A stretch of DNA of 64,000 bases from Paramecium tetraurelia (taxonomy: Eukaryota), in the NCBI GenBank assembly GCA_000165425.1, contig CT868654.1:124001-188000 (forward strand). Reading direction: 5' to 3'. Every line of letters begins with the position of its first letter. Within the stretch, counting starts at the first letter, position 1. The notes under the pieces are model-generated. The model saw only the letters and a program-made list of their open reading frames with translations. It was not told the origin of the DNA and searched no databases. Position numbers and translations under genes: made by a program. Shown piece after piece: positions 52,825 to 64,000 of the stretch.

Positions 52825-55800
52825 ATGATTAGAATTCACTTAATTCTTAGCACTCTCATTATACTTTCATAATAGTGCACTAATTTGTAAGACAATAAAC
52901 TTTTCATAACTTCAACCCCAGGGGAAACAATAACAATTCCTTTGTACTAGATATTCTATTCTAACGATTATGATTAGACTATATTTTAGCCTGTTGTTCC
53001 TCAGTTTACAATTCAAGCTCCTTTGTAGGAATAGGAGAAGATTCCTATTAATGGATTAAAAGGAGAGAAAATTTCGATCAAAATTTTAAAATCAACTAAA
53101 AGTAGTGAGCCATAACATTTAATGGCCATACTTCTCCTCAATGAAGGAACTTATTATTCTGAATATGACTTAAAATATTACTCTACATTCCCTAATTTAC
53201 AGGCTCTATTTCAAAGTACTGGGAGAGCAAATTCTATATGCTATGATATAGCTCTGTTGTCGACTCTGGTAATAACTGAATGCTCTGATGACGAAGGAGA
53301 TTACTTTAGCATTCTGAAAATTGATTAATCTCCCCACACTTATCTCCCAATTGAGAAGCCCAAAGACTCGTTTAGAAAATTAGATATGATTGACTAATAT
53401 CTATTGAGAGGTACTGTTGACAAGTTGGAACTGTATTAAGAATAAGGGGAGACACTAATATTCCTGAATAGCCTAGACTCGGCTGCTATGAAAACACTAT
53501 TAAAGTAGGTGTCATTTGACCTATAGATAAGAGATTTTTAAACTCATACAAATGGATAGATTAGTATACTGAATGCATCTGGAGAACTAATAGCTTTATA
53601 GTATAAGGATAATAAGTGGTAACTAATTCGTAAGATAGACACCTAGATTCCAGATGTCTATTCATATGATCTTGATGTCTACAAAAACTCATATGTAATT
53701 CTTTCAAAAACATAACTATTTCATAAAACAATCACCACCTAAGAATTTACTATTGCTATCGACTCCAAACAATCTGATAAGGTCTACTTATAAAAAAATT
53801 CGATTGTAGTGCTTTAGGAGAAGACTATAATCTTATATTCAGAATAATTATATAGATTCTAGTCTCAAATCTTAGGCGATTCTCAATATAAAATCAATTC
53901 GCATCCTAATTCTGATGGATTTTTGGTTGTTGATGAACAAAACTTTTACAGATACGTCATAAGTAATGATTATTCATTACAATTTTCATCGGGCTCATTA
54001 CCAATCGAGACTGAATATAAAATGACATAGCTTATTTAAAAGAACAGCTGCATTATTGATGTTTATTATATGGTTGTCGGCTTTGAATCTACATAGATAT
54101 ATTCAACTTAAGTACCTTAGGCATTGATAGCAGGCAGTGTATATTAAGACAATTTAGATGTCAAGTTGAGTTCCATTTATTAAGGCTCCAATCTAAAGTA
54201 TGAGTTTTCAGATAATGAAATTCTCAATCTAAAAGTAGAATAATTCTAGACCATTGAAGTATTTGGAGTTGGGGATGCATCGGATGTTATCTATAGAAAA
54301 GCATTGTCGAATTTAAATAATCCCTATATCTAAATTATTTAGCAACACAGCAATAAATAAATAAGTGGATTCACCTGTGAAATTTTATCTTTTCTGAGAT
54401 TAAATTGCTAATCAATTTTTAGTAAGAGATAATTCGAAACATTGCAAGATTCTGATAAATAGCTTTGGTGGTTTAATTATAACTCAATTTTCTTAGCAAT
54501 ATTGAAAGATTCTACAGTCACTATCTATTGTGTCTATTACAATTAAAATAGATTTGATGTGTTGACAACGATCAATTTCGACAGCAATCCCATATCGATT
54601 GCAACAGATGGTTTTTACTTATTCGTCTAATTATAGCAATCAGTTAAGATATATAAGGTATCTACTGAAAATAAAGCAACCTTATTCTCCACTTAAGATA
54701 TAGTGGGAAGGATATATGCATCTCCAGCCTAAGAAGACATTCTGTATATAGAGTAAGATAAATAATTGAATGTCTATTCCTTATAATATGAAAAGTTTAC
54801 TTTAATTTGGTTCACTGAAGTCAATGATAATTATGATCAAATGAATTTTATAATTTTTAAAAATTATTTTGCTAGAGTTATTAAAACCAAAGATGAGGAA
54901 AAATATAACATAAATGTGTTTAATTGTTAAAATATTAATAATATCTATTTGGAGAAAATAATAAAAATAAATGATTATTCTAATTTAGTGTTATCTTAGA
55001 TTCAGGTTAATTTTTAGAAAAACCTATTTTATATTCTTGGATAAAAAGCTGAATAATAAAAATTACTAATTTATAAAGTGAATGAGAACAGTTTAAATAC
55101 CATGTTCTTAAGCATAGATGTTGTTCCTGCTGCTTAATTCACAATTACACATAGTTATTGCTTTATTACGAATACGATTGCAAATAAGCAAGTTTAATAA
55201 AACTACTTTATCTCAGGAGATAACTTAGTATAATCGAAATTAAAGGAGAATTATCAATAGGTTGAGTACTCTAAAGAGATAACCTTGAAAGTCTCAATTA
55301 AGAATGATGCTCAAATAGTTGTTACCCAATAAATCCCAGCCCTAATAGTTAATAGAGGAGTATCAATATTTTAGACTAAAAGCTCATTGAATTTAACATA
55401 CAAAGCAGATGGTGCTAAAAACCATTGTATTGATTTGGATTAATCTTGGTATAGTGGCTAAGCATTTGACATCACTCAGACTGAAAGTTCATAAAAAATT
55501 AAATATGAAAAAACATTATCAAAGTAATCAGAAACTTTTGAATTTAGCCCATATATCTAAGAACTCAATTCAGATACAATAGTTTAATTGATGGAGTAGA
55601 AAATTGTCTTGATAAAGAAGTCCGATTTGAGCAAAGTTGAACTCACTTTGGATAAAACATATTTGGTCAACAAATTATTACTTATTCAAGATCAGCATAT
55701 ATATGTTGAAGTGTATAAAGAAGCCTTGATTTACTTAAAGGTCATAGAATGCAAAGATTCTAATTGTAAATACTTAGATGATGAATTATAATTCGAAAAT

Positions 55801-56841
55801 AATATTAATAAAGTATTCCTTCATTAAACCAACTACTTCATTTATTCAAATGCAATCATATCTGTATATGATACAAAAGGAGATCCTACTAAGTTGTCAG
55901 GATTTGAAAAATTCAATCAATTTATTTTATCAAAATAGCCATATTTAGTTGAATTTCAACATCTACGCGATGATATTTACACAGCTATTTCTGTGGATGT
56001 GAGAGGAAATGTGTACTTTAATAATATAGAGATCTCTAGAACCTCAAGTGATTAGTTGGAGATCCCTACCGATGTTCTTAATACACTTAAGAAAAATTAG
56101 TTGTATGTAACTAGCAATGCAGTTTGCGTTGGAATGGTCGTAAGAAAAAATGAAATAGTTATTGTATACAATAACATAGCGACATATTCATTTAAATATG
56201 AATTTGATTGTTATAGCTTTAAATTATGTGAACTCAAGTACTTTACATTGAGCGGTGTTTATCAACAGTATGGAGGATGGTTTATGTTCAACCTCTATCC
56301 TATCATATATTAAAATGAGAATATTTTGTCTATGGTTTATTGGGCGTATAACAGATTTGAATTACTCTTATTTGATCTTGAAAGTTCAAGCAGTAAATAA
56401 AACCCTAAGCTAGCCATTGCTCATTTGAACGGTCCTACTAGTGCGATACCAGGTCATTTCTATTAATTTTAATCATTTGTCTACTCTTTTAATGGGCAAT
56501 TACAACTATTGGCAACGACAGACTAAGAAATCAAATTATAACATTATACATTAAAAAGATCTTAATAAATTTGCACTTCTGCTTAATAAGCTAATGAAAT
56601 TATTAAATTAACCTTATAAAACTCTATCTATAATGAAAAATTAACTTTGAATGTCACCATTTCATAAGATAATCAAATTCCACCAGAACCTGAACCTACA
56701 AAAGATGATGATACAAAAGGTTTCCCCATTTGGGCCATCATATTAATTATCATTGGTGTATTACTAATTGGTTTAATAGTATTCAATTGTTGGAAGAATA
56801 AAAAGAATAAAGTAGATGATTAGAGAATATTGTTGGCATGA
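52825..56841 (+). CDS. Large (~1,338 aa) type-I membrane protein with beta-rich ectodomain
   Basis: Signal peptide MIRIHLILSTLIILS; in frame with ORF-track fragments 53122, 55609 and 56101; PPEPEP stalk, TM segment FPIWAIILIIIGVLLIGLIVF, tail KNKKNKVDDQRILLA*. Confidence 0.87.
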
Positions 56842-56878
56842 TAATTTATACATAATTTTTATAATAATAATAAATTAA

Positions 56879-58181
56879 TCATTAGTTAATATAAAATTCT
56901 ATAAATTGTTCGTGTTTTAGAACATAAGTTTATGGAGACTGATTCAAATTATTACCATCAATTTTAATTTATGTCCTTTCTATGGCAATTTCCATCTATT
57001 CAATGTTGATTTCGGTTTTGGGAGATTTCATTTCCTCCTTAATGAAATTGAATAAATCTAATAATTTTGCATTAGATGAAACTTCTAGATGATAAACTTG
57101 CGTATTGTTATTTATAATTATTTCAACCGTTATTTTTATTATTTTAGGAACTAATTTATTCAGAAAATCACCAAATTCCATGTAAGTAGCCGATATCGAT
57201 TTCTCAAAATTATCCAAAATTGTATCAAATTTACCAATTGTTGTTTTGAATGTGTCATCAAAAGGCAATTATCCGATTTTTGATAAAAACTCAGCGATAT
57301 TTTCATAGGTTTCTTTTGGAATCGGCTCAACTAATCGGTATAGATCATTAAATTGCTTTTAACAATCAAGAAAAAAATTTTGATGTGAGTTTATTGAGCT
57401 TTAAATTTAAGCCAGAATTTTATTTGTAATGCAATCCACCTTAAATCGTAATGAAAATATGAAATCTTTCATCTTTAACAACTTTGCAAATAGTCTATTT
57501 AAGCATTTATCTATACTTTTCTTATTCACAATATCCCTTCAATTTTTATTCGCATATTTAAAAGTTTTAAGCTGCATTCTGGCTGTCTTATGCACATAAT
57601 AATCTTTAATTTTTAGGAACATTTTATTCTAAATTGAATGCATTCACTATTTTTGCATTGTGTTGAGGGCATCTGACTTAGCATTATGTAAAAATATTAT
57701 TATCAATTAGACTTTTAAACAACTCTTTGATTTCTTTATTGGAAGGTTCAATTAATTTTTCAAATTTTCTTTATTATCTGGAACCTAAACAGAAAATATC
57801 AATTTTATTACTGAAAAATAATTCATCATAAGCGTCTAAGTTATTTCTCTCAACTAATTCTGAAGATAAAAATTCAGATTGCTCTCTTAAATTTTTTAAA
57901 TTTCCCAAGATTTTACTTTTATCTTCACTCCTCAATGCTATAATAGCATCTTCATTTTTTTAAATTCTTGCAAATAATTTCTCTTAAATATATCCAAGTT
58001 CCTCTTTATTCCTTTGATTCTTAATATGTAATTTTTGCACTATATCCTATATATAGAACACATCCATTCTATGTTCATCATGCCTAGAGTCCATATTGAA
58101 TGGATTAGAACAAAATTTATTAACACAAATTCGGGTTCGGACAGAATTGGTTATGGTAGGAGGCAACAGATCACTCTACAT
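56879..58181 (-). CDS. Hypothetical 426-aa protein, possible C-terminal ubiquitin-like fold
   Basis: Continuous frame after one 22-nt intron near 57495-57516; the C-terminus IKITVEII...YHLEVSSNAKLLDLFNFIKE resembles a beta-grasp domain. Confidence 0.68.
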
Positions 58182-58227
58182 AGATATCTATCTGTATTTA
58201 TGTAAAATAAAAATTAATAATTTCTTG

Positions 58228-60301
58228 TCATTCAATTCGTATATAAATTTCTCCCGTTTAGATTTTGAATAGGTCTAAAATTTTCCTTCTTTCCTATTAA
58301 ACGCTACATATTTTCTATTTAGGTCAGGGATATTGGCAATCTGCTCCTTCTAATGAGGTATTGGATATTTTCAACACAAGGAGGCACTGTCAGAGATCCG
58401 GTATAGTAGACAAATTCAGAAACATCTCTGACCAAATCAGCAAGTTTGATTTCCTTACTAATTTGAATTAATTCTCCTTTTTCAACAGCTCTGTAATTTA
58501 TACTCTTCGAAGACGGCAACCCAATTTATTCTAAAAATTCATTACTCTCATTAGGGTAAGTGTTATGTAAAAAGAGGACTAAGTAGAGAATGTCTCCATC
58601 AATTGATTTATGCATGATTTAGATTTCGCAATTCATTCTAAATTAGTTTTCCCCAATTGTATGTTCAGAAGGTGTGTGAAAGTTCAATTCAAGAGCCTAA
58701 AATATTTTCCCATTCCAACTCAAAGCTCCAAAACCTCCAGGATCACTAATCAATTTCAATTGATATCCGTCATTGCTCAAATAGAGTTCTTTTGGTACAA
58801 CATAATACGATAATATAGGTTCTTTAATTGGTTATTTGAGAAGATTTCTTAAATCGAGTATGATAGGAGATTATGACTTTCCTGTCTAGCATAATCTGGG
58901 CCAATTTTTGAATTGATCCATTTCTGAAATGATATCCCCTTCCTCTTCTTATTCTTCTAATTTTTATTATTCTTGCTTCTCCTTTATTTTGTTTTCATTA
59001 TATTCATTTATCTTGTCCTTACTCTTACTTGCTTGTCTTTCCTTAATTCTGGATTACAAGTCCAATTTACTTTTTCTATCGGAGTCTCCCCCCTCTTTTG
59101 AATTGTCTTGACCATTTAATTCTTGAGGTTCCTTAGTATCATCCATATTGTGTGGATCTGTCTCTTCAAAATCTTCAGGAATACTATTTTCTTGAACATC
59201 AATGGGTTATTCAATGTTGCTATTTTCTCTCTATTCTTATTGAGATTAAGAATCTATTGGTTACTACTCTATTTCTTTTACATCCTCCTAAACATCCTTT
59301 GCTTCTGGTTTCAACTTGATTATAAAGAAATCCTCTGTTCTTACAATCTTTCCTCCTGACTATCCTGAGGCAGTAAACACAAATCCATCTAATTCTAAAC
59401 CTTCACTTGCTCCATAAATATAAAAATTATCTTTCACAAGCTATTTGGAATTGTTACACATACCTTTTTGTCAACTTGATTCCTGGTCCTTTAAGTTTTC
59501 AGATCCTATTTGGTGTTCATTTCCCCATCTGTAATAATAAACAATGCTGGATCGAAATTCGCATAAATTGGTCGCTTCATCTCTTTCTATTCCCTAATGG
59601 AATATAAGAGGAGTTCTGGAAAGTCGATGGCTTGATTCGAAGACATATCATATATCTTAAACAACGTCAACCAAACCATCTAACCACAAGGAGGAAATGT
59701 ATCGCTTCCTTGGTAAACTAGAAATTTATCTAATTGATCAAATTATGAGACTTTATACCTGTGTCATCAAATAATACTCCCAAATCTATTGCTTCTGGAA
59801 CTACATAAAAATCTCCTGGCTGCAGTTCCTTGATTATGTTCTTACCAAATCCGAACTTTGCTAATAAAGCATTTTCAGTGTGATCTTTGTTTAGACGAAA
59901 GAAAACACTGAAACCTATTCTAAACTTTTATTATGATATTAAAAATATTTGCATTTCTATTGGATAAAAATAATCGTTTTCTGACAATGAGTGTTCTGAT
60001 GGAGATTTAAATTTTACTTGATAGGCATTAAATATTTTATTATTGTGCTTCACAAAACCGAATGCTCCCTAACACACCAATTCATATCCTGTGTGCTTTA
60101 TCTACAAGTCTCGAGCCTCCAAAAACTCAAATTCCAATGTTAGTTCTAGCTTTATTAATACACAAATCAACCAATATGTCCGAATGGTGGCTTTAACTAT
60201 ATTGGAGATTAGGCCAAGGTTTCATCCAAACACTATCCATACTCCTTTACCGGCGTATTGCCATAACTCACTCCAAAGAATATTAACACTAGAATATTCA
60301 T
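58228..60301 (-). CDS. Secreted tandem carbonic-anhydrase-like protein (two alpha/eta-type domains, Zn ligands degenerate)
   Basis: Signal peptide; domain 1 QSPI...QVKFKSPSEH...YPIEMQIF...YQGSDTFPPC...NFDP; acidic/basic linker; domain 2 QSPII...LNFHTPSEH...CEIQIMH...YTGSLTVPPCVE...NFRPIQ. Confidence 0.88.
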
Positions 60302-60800
60302 TATATTATTATTATATTCTTTTAATATATATATATATAAAATTTCACTTTTTGCTTATTTTGTAACCTAAATGTAAACTGATTGGCTTTGAATATTTGA
60401 ATCGCTCTTTTCTCTTCATCCAATGAAATCACACTTAGAATTGTTGTAATTCAAAATTGGTAATTGGAATTTTCAAAAATGTCTAAAATTTAAAAACAAT
60501 ATATATTGAGTGTGTGAAATTTTTCAACGAACTATTTGTTAAATTTGTTTGGGATATTTATTATTAATAATCTTATTAATAATCATATTAATCATATTAT
60601 TATAAATACATACTTCTTTTATTTAGGAACAAAATAAATTTATGTTTAAACTCAATATAATAATTATTAATTCTAAAACTATTTCTAATTGATCCAAAAT
60701 ATATTTTTTCATATCATGCGTAATATGATTTATAATTGTATCACTAAAACCCTTATGGCCATTAGCTAAAAATTGTAATAAATTTAAATCTAAAATTTTA

Positions 60801-61147
60801 ATGAAAAAAGATTCTTCCACCAAAAGGCCTTATGAAAAAGTTTCAAAAATAAAGAGACAGAACCTTGTTAAGTTAGTGTTCCATCAGGGAATAAAAATAA
60901 AGCATGTATTATTTAATTCTAAATTTAGGCTGCTAAACACCTTAAAATTAACTATGCCGCTGCCAAAACTGTTATCAGTCAACATAGGTGCAATGTTATC
61001 CTACAGAATGTTTAATACAAGTCCAACTAGAGGTGTGGGTTCACAACAATCACAAATTCTAACAGATCATTCAGCTTAATATCAAAATTAGCTGGGGAAA
61101 TCATAAAGGCTACTGATCACACAATACAAGAGATAAAGAAGGTGTGA
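60801..61147 (+). CDS. Small helix-turn-helix (homeodomain-like) protein, 107 aa
   Basis: KRPYEKVSKIKRQNLVKLVFHQGIKIKH|AAKHLKINYAAAKTVI; 23-nt intron 60906-60928; same family as the gene at 20066. Confidence 0.85.
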
Positions 61148-61764
61148 GATTAACAAATTTTATTTCAAAAATGTTTTTCGACAATGGATTTTCAATCCAT
61201 TTGTAAACAAATTTTTTCACATTAATTTATAAATAATAAGAATAAAGTTCTCGAACTTTTAAGTATCTTTTAATTTTTTTGTAAATCACAATTAAATAAG
61301 AGGACTTAAAATGTTCAACAGAAAATTATGTAATTTATTTCCTTAACCAGTCTACAGGTTAGTTAAATCGAAATTACTACTTTCAAATTGACATTAATAT
61401 AACATCCTATTTAGGGTTTTAACATCTTCCCTTATTGTAATCAACTATTCGACTTTTCATAATGAGAAAATACAAGAATTGAGAAAAGCATTCCTTTTTA
61501 AAGTAATAAATTAATTGCAGAATTTACTGTAAATCCTTACACTTATATTCTTAATTTAGAACAATCTTCCTTTGAGTCTTTAAATTTAGTGGGCAAATTA
61601 CAAATATAGAGAACATTTACAGATTTTTTACTCATTCACATTTTGATAAAAAAATTGATTGAGTCTGCTTTTGATTTATAAAATATATAAAATATTTAAT
61701 TTTTTAATTATGAGAGTAATTACAAATTTATTCAATTTCTGGAAATTTATTCAGTTAATAAAAT

Positions 61765-62278
61765 ATGTTCAGCTTGACAAAAGAGCAAGCTTTCTCCTAT
61801 TTTTCTGTTCTTCTAAACCTTTAAAAAAGCGTTCATGATAAATGCATATTTAACAAATTGTCGATAATTAACTGATTATTGATTGGAGAATGCTACAGGA
61901 ATGCCTAAGTGATGAGTACATATTTAATCGACACAAAAAGAAAAAAGTATAAATATTTAAGGAAGAGGAAACTTAGTTAAAAAAATTGTTATTGAGTATA
62001 ATCCAAAAATCTTAATTATAAATAGAAATACAAAAAAAGTATTGAATTGAAAATACTAGATCTTATAAACTGAATGCTTTGAAGAGATAAGCCTCCCTAT
62101 TTTTTAATTAAGCCATAAACCATCTTATATAAAGGAGAATATTGAACTGAAGGAAATAGTGGTTTTTCTTTTGATGGAACGAACTAATGATGTGAAATAT
62201 GAGTTAAGCCAGGGAAAATGTAATTTAGAATTTTTGAATGTAAAGGGGATTATATTCAAAGCAGAAAAAAAGAAGTGA
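61765..62278 (+). pseudogene. Possible decayed gene fragment
   Basis: Protein-like stretches (MFSLTKEQAFSYFS..., IIDWRMLQECLSDEYIF..., KENIELKEIVVFLLMER...KGIIFKAEKKK*) are interrupted by a frame change and internal TGAs. Confidence 0.35.
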
Positions 62279-62554
62279 TAATAAATTAACTATTTGGAAT
62301 AACATAATTAAAAATAAGAGGTAATGAATTCAAACTTTTGATAATTATCCATTTATTTTTTCTTAGGGTTTGTATGAATTATTAGAATTTGATCGTAACT
62401 ATTAAGTGAGAAATGAAAAATGAATTTAAATCCTTAGTTGACTTCAAAAGCAACAAATTTAATAAAATGTCAAAGAAAAACACAATCATTTTTAGTTTGG
62501 AAAGAAATTTAGATACTATTTAAATCTTTATATTTTATTCTATATTGCTAATAA

Positions 62555-63556
62555 TCAAGCTTATTGTTAAGGTCTTGGACCACCTCTACTTTTTTGGGTT
62601 GTTGGTCTTTCATTATTAGCTTCATTCTATGTATTATTATTTCTTCTATCTTCTCTTTAATTGTCTCTGTTTTCTCTATTATCTCTGTTATCCCTTCTGT
62701 CTCTGTTATCTCTGCTATCTCTATTATCTCTTCTGTCTCTATTATCTCTATTGTCTCTATTGTCTCTATTTTCTCTATTGTCTCTATTGTCTCTATTTTC
62801 TCTATTGTCTCTTCTATCTCTATTGTCTCTATTATCTCTATTATCTCTATTATCTCTATTGTCTCTTCTATCTCTATTGTCTCTGTTATCTCTATTGTCT
62901 CTGTTGTCTCTATTATCTCTTCTATCTCTATTATCTCTGTTATCTCTATTATCTCTTCTGTCTCTATTATCTCTATTATCTCTTCTATCTCTGTTATCTC
63001 TGTTGTCTCTGTTATCTCTTCTGTCTCTATTATTTCTCTAGCTATCATTTCTTGGTTTTGAACTTCCACTTCTTTATCTGTCATTTCTTTCTCTGGGTGG
63101 TTGAATTTGATCAGCAGGCAATGGTTCCTAATTATAAAAATATATATTTACAAGGAATCCAGGCTCTTTTCTGTCTTATTCGGTTGGTGCTTTGGTTAAT
63201 TTGATTTGGAGAGAAGCCAAATTTTTAGTGACACTGACTTTCACTAATCCTTCTTCTAAAGGTTCATATTCTTCACTAATCTAGACTGACTAGATTTTGT
63301 TTATTTAATATAGTCCAGCAACTCTTCTTCTAACAACTTCTGCAATAATAACTGCTTTAGAGATGGCATTTTCAATGGCTGTGATATAGATTGTATCTAG
63401 GATAGGGGGTTGTTCTTCCTTGCGAGTGCCTTGAAGGAGCCATAAAGCTTTTCTAACTTGAGTTGACAATTAAGCTTTATTAGCAACTCTAATCACATTC
63501 AATTCTGGCTTTTAGTCCTCGACAACAAGCCTTAAATACTTTCTTCTGGTGGCCAT
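62555..63556 (-). CDS. Alba-domain (Rpp25/Alba-like) nucleic-acid-binding protein with RDN/RDR repeat tail
   Basis: NVIRV...ITAIENAISKAVIIAEVVRRRVAGLYQIN...EEYEPLEEGL...LQIKL...EPGFL|EP is the Alba/Rpp25 pattern; one 24-nt intron; TGA 62557-62555. Confidence 0.92.
62661..63033 (-). repeat. Coding 9-nt tandem repeat (AGA GAY AAY / AGA GAY AGA), roughly 40 copies
   Basis: The plus strand shows repeating tctctatta/tctctattg/tctcttctg units; they encode (RDN/RDR/REN)n in the Alba frame. Confidence 0.95.
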
Positions 63557-63613
63557 ATTAAATATTAATACAAATCTTTTTTTGAGTAGCAAAAACTTGT
63601 GTAATATATATGA

Positions 63614-64000
63614 TCATTTTTCTATCCTCATTCCTTTATACCACATACAATCGACGACTTTGCCATCCTTGTAGATATATTTTCCTTTACCATGACGCTA
63701 CCCATTCACCCATTCTCCCAAAAATAATTTACCATTATGGTATTCCACCCTTCCTTCTCCAACTTATTTGTCTAACTCAAAACTAAACTTACATAATTTT
63801 CATTTTACTTTCCAATAAATATGTTTCCATCTGGACTTATCAGAGTTCCTCTTCCATGTTTCACCCCATTTTTAAAAGAGCCTTCATATCTAGTTCCATC
63901 TATATTTACTTGCAAGCCCTCACCATCTATCTAATTATTCACAAAAGTTCCTTGATAATAAGACCCATCAGGATATATCATCTTTCCAAATCCTTATTTC
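63614..64000 (-). CDS. MORN-repeat protein, 5' end outside window
   Basis: GFGKMIYPDGSYYQGTFVNNQIDGEG...DGTRYEGSFKNGVKHGRG...GEWVNGQRHGKGKYIYKDG; TGA 63616-63614. Confidence 0.92.

Noticed and set aside
61405..61420. TTTAGGGTTTT as a telomeric seed
   Set aside because: Single copy, and not a tandem array of Paramecium TT(T/G)GGG repeats.
62548..63204. Four overlapping ORF-track ORFs with IIE/SII/YYL/SLL repeats, and a possible CRISPR-like array
   Set aside because: They are alternative-frame and antisense readings of the 9-nt coding repeat in the Alba gene. There are no unique spacers and the DNA is eukaryotic.
1..64000. tRNA, rRNA or transposase genes
   Set aside because: No cloverleaf, rRNA-like segment, DDE or reverse-transcriptase motif was recognised by eye; small ncRNAs cannot be excluded without a covariance-model search.

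Overview
Gene-dense, very AT-rich eukaryotic DNA read with the ciliate code (TAA/TAG = Gln, TGA the only stop) and carrying tiny 20-34 nt GT..AG introns. This points to a Paramecium macronuclear scaffold; the species cannot be determined by eye. The supplied ORF track uses the standard code, so it fragments almost every gene; I re-translated the genes by hand. The left ~25 kb is extremely compact and encodes a BEACH/WD40 protein (partial), a trichocyst-matrix-type precursor, a laforin-like CBM20 phosphatase, an FHA/RING-CH ligase, dynein p28, a large type-I membrane protein, sortilin, an atypical acyl carrier protein, an HTH protein, selenoprotein K with a SECIS element, a cyclin, a RanBP2 zinc-finger protein and a PAP2-like pseudo-phosphatase. 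After an N-gap comes a >2,450-codon cysteine-periodic GPI-type surface antigen. The looser right half contains a Ulp1-family protease, a divergent Rab, a protein with a degenerate RNase III-like motif, a frameshifted TPR gene with one intron per repeat, a low-complexity/cystatin protein, a WD40 protein, a second type-I membrane protein, a tandem carbonic-anhydrase-like protein, a second HTH protein, an Alba protein with RDN repeats and a MORN protein (partial). The strongest hidden signal is the SelK gene ending C-K-S-UGA-G-UGA, followed by a type II SECIS with an extra hairpin branch. All family assignments come from motif recognition, not database searches.
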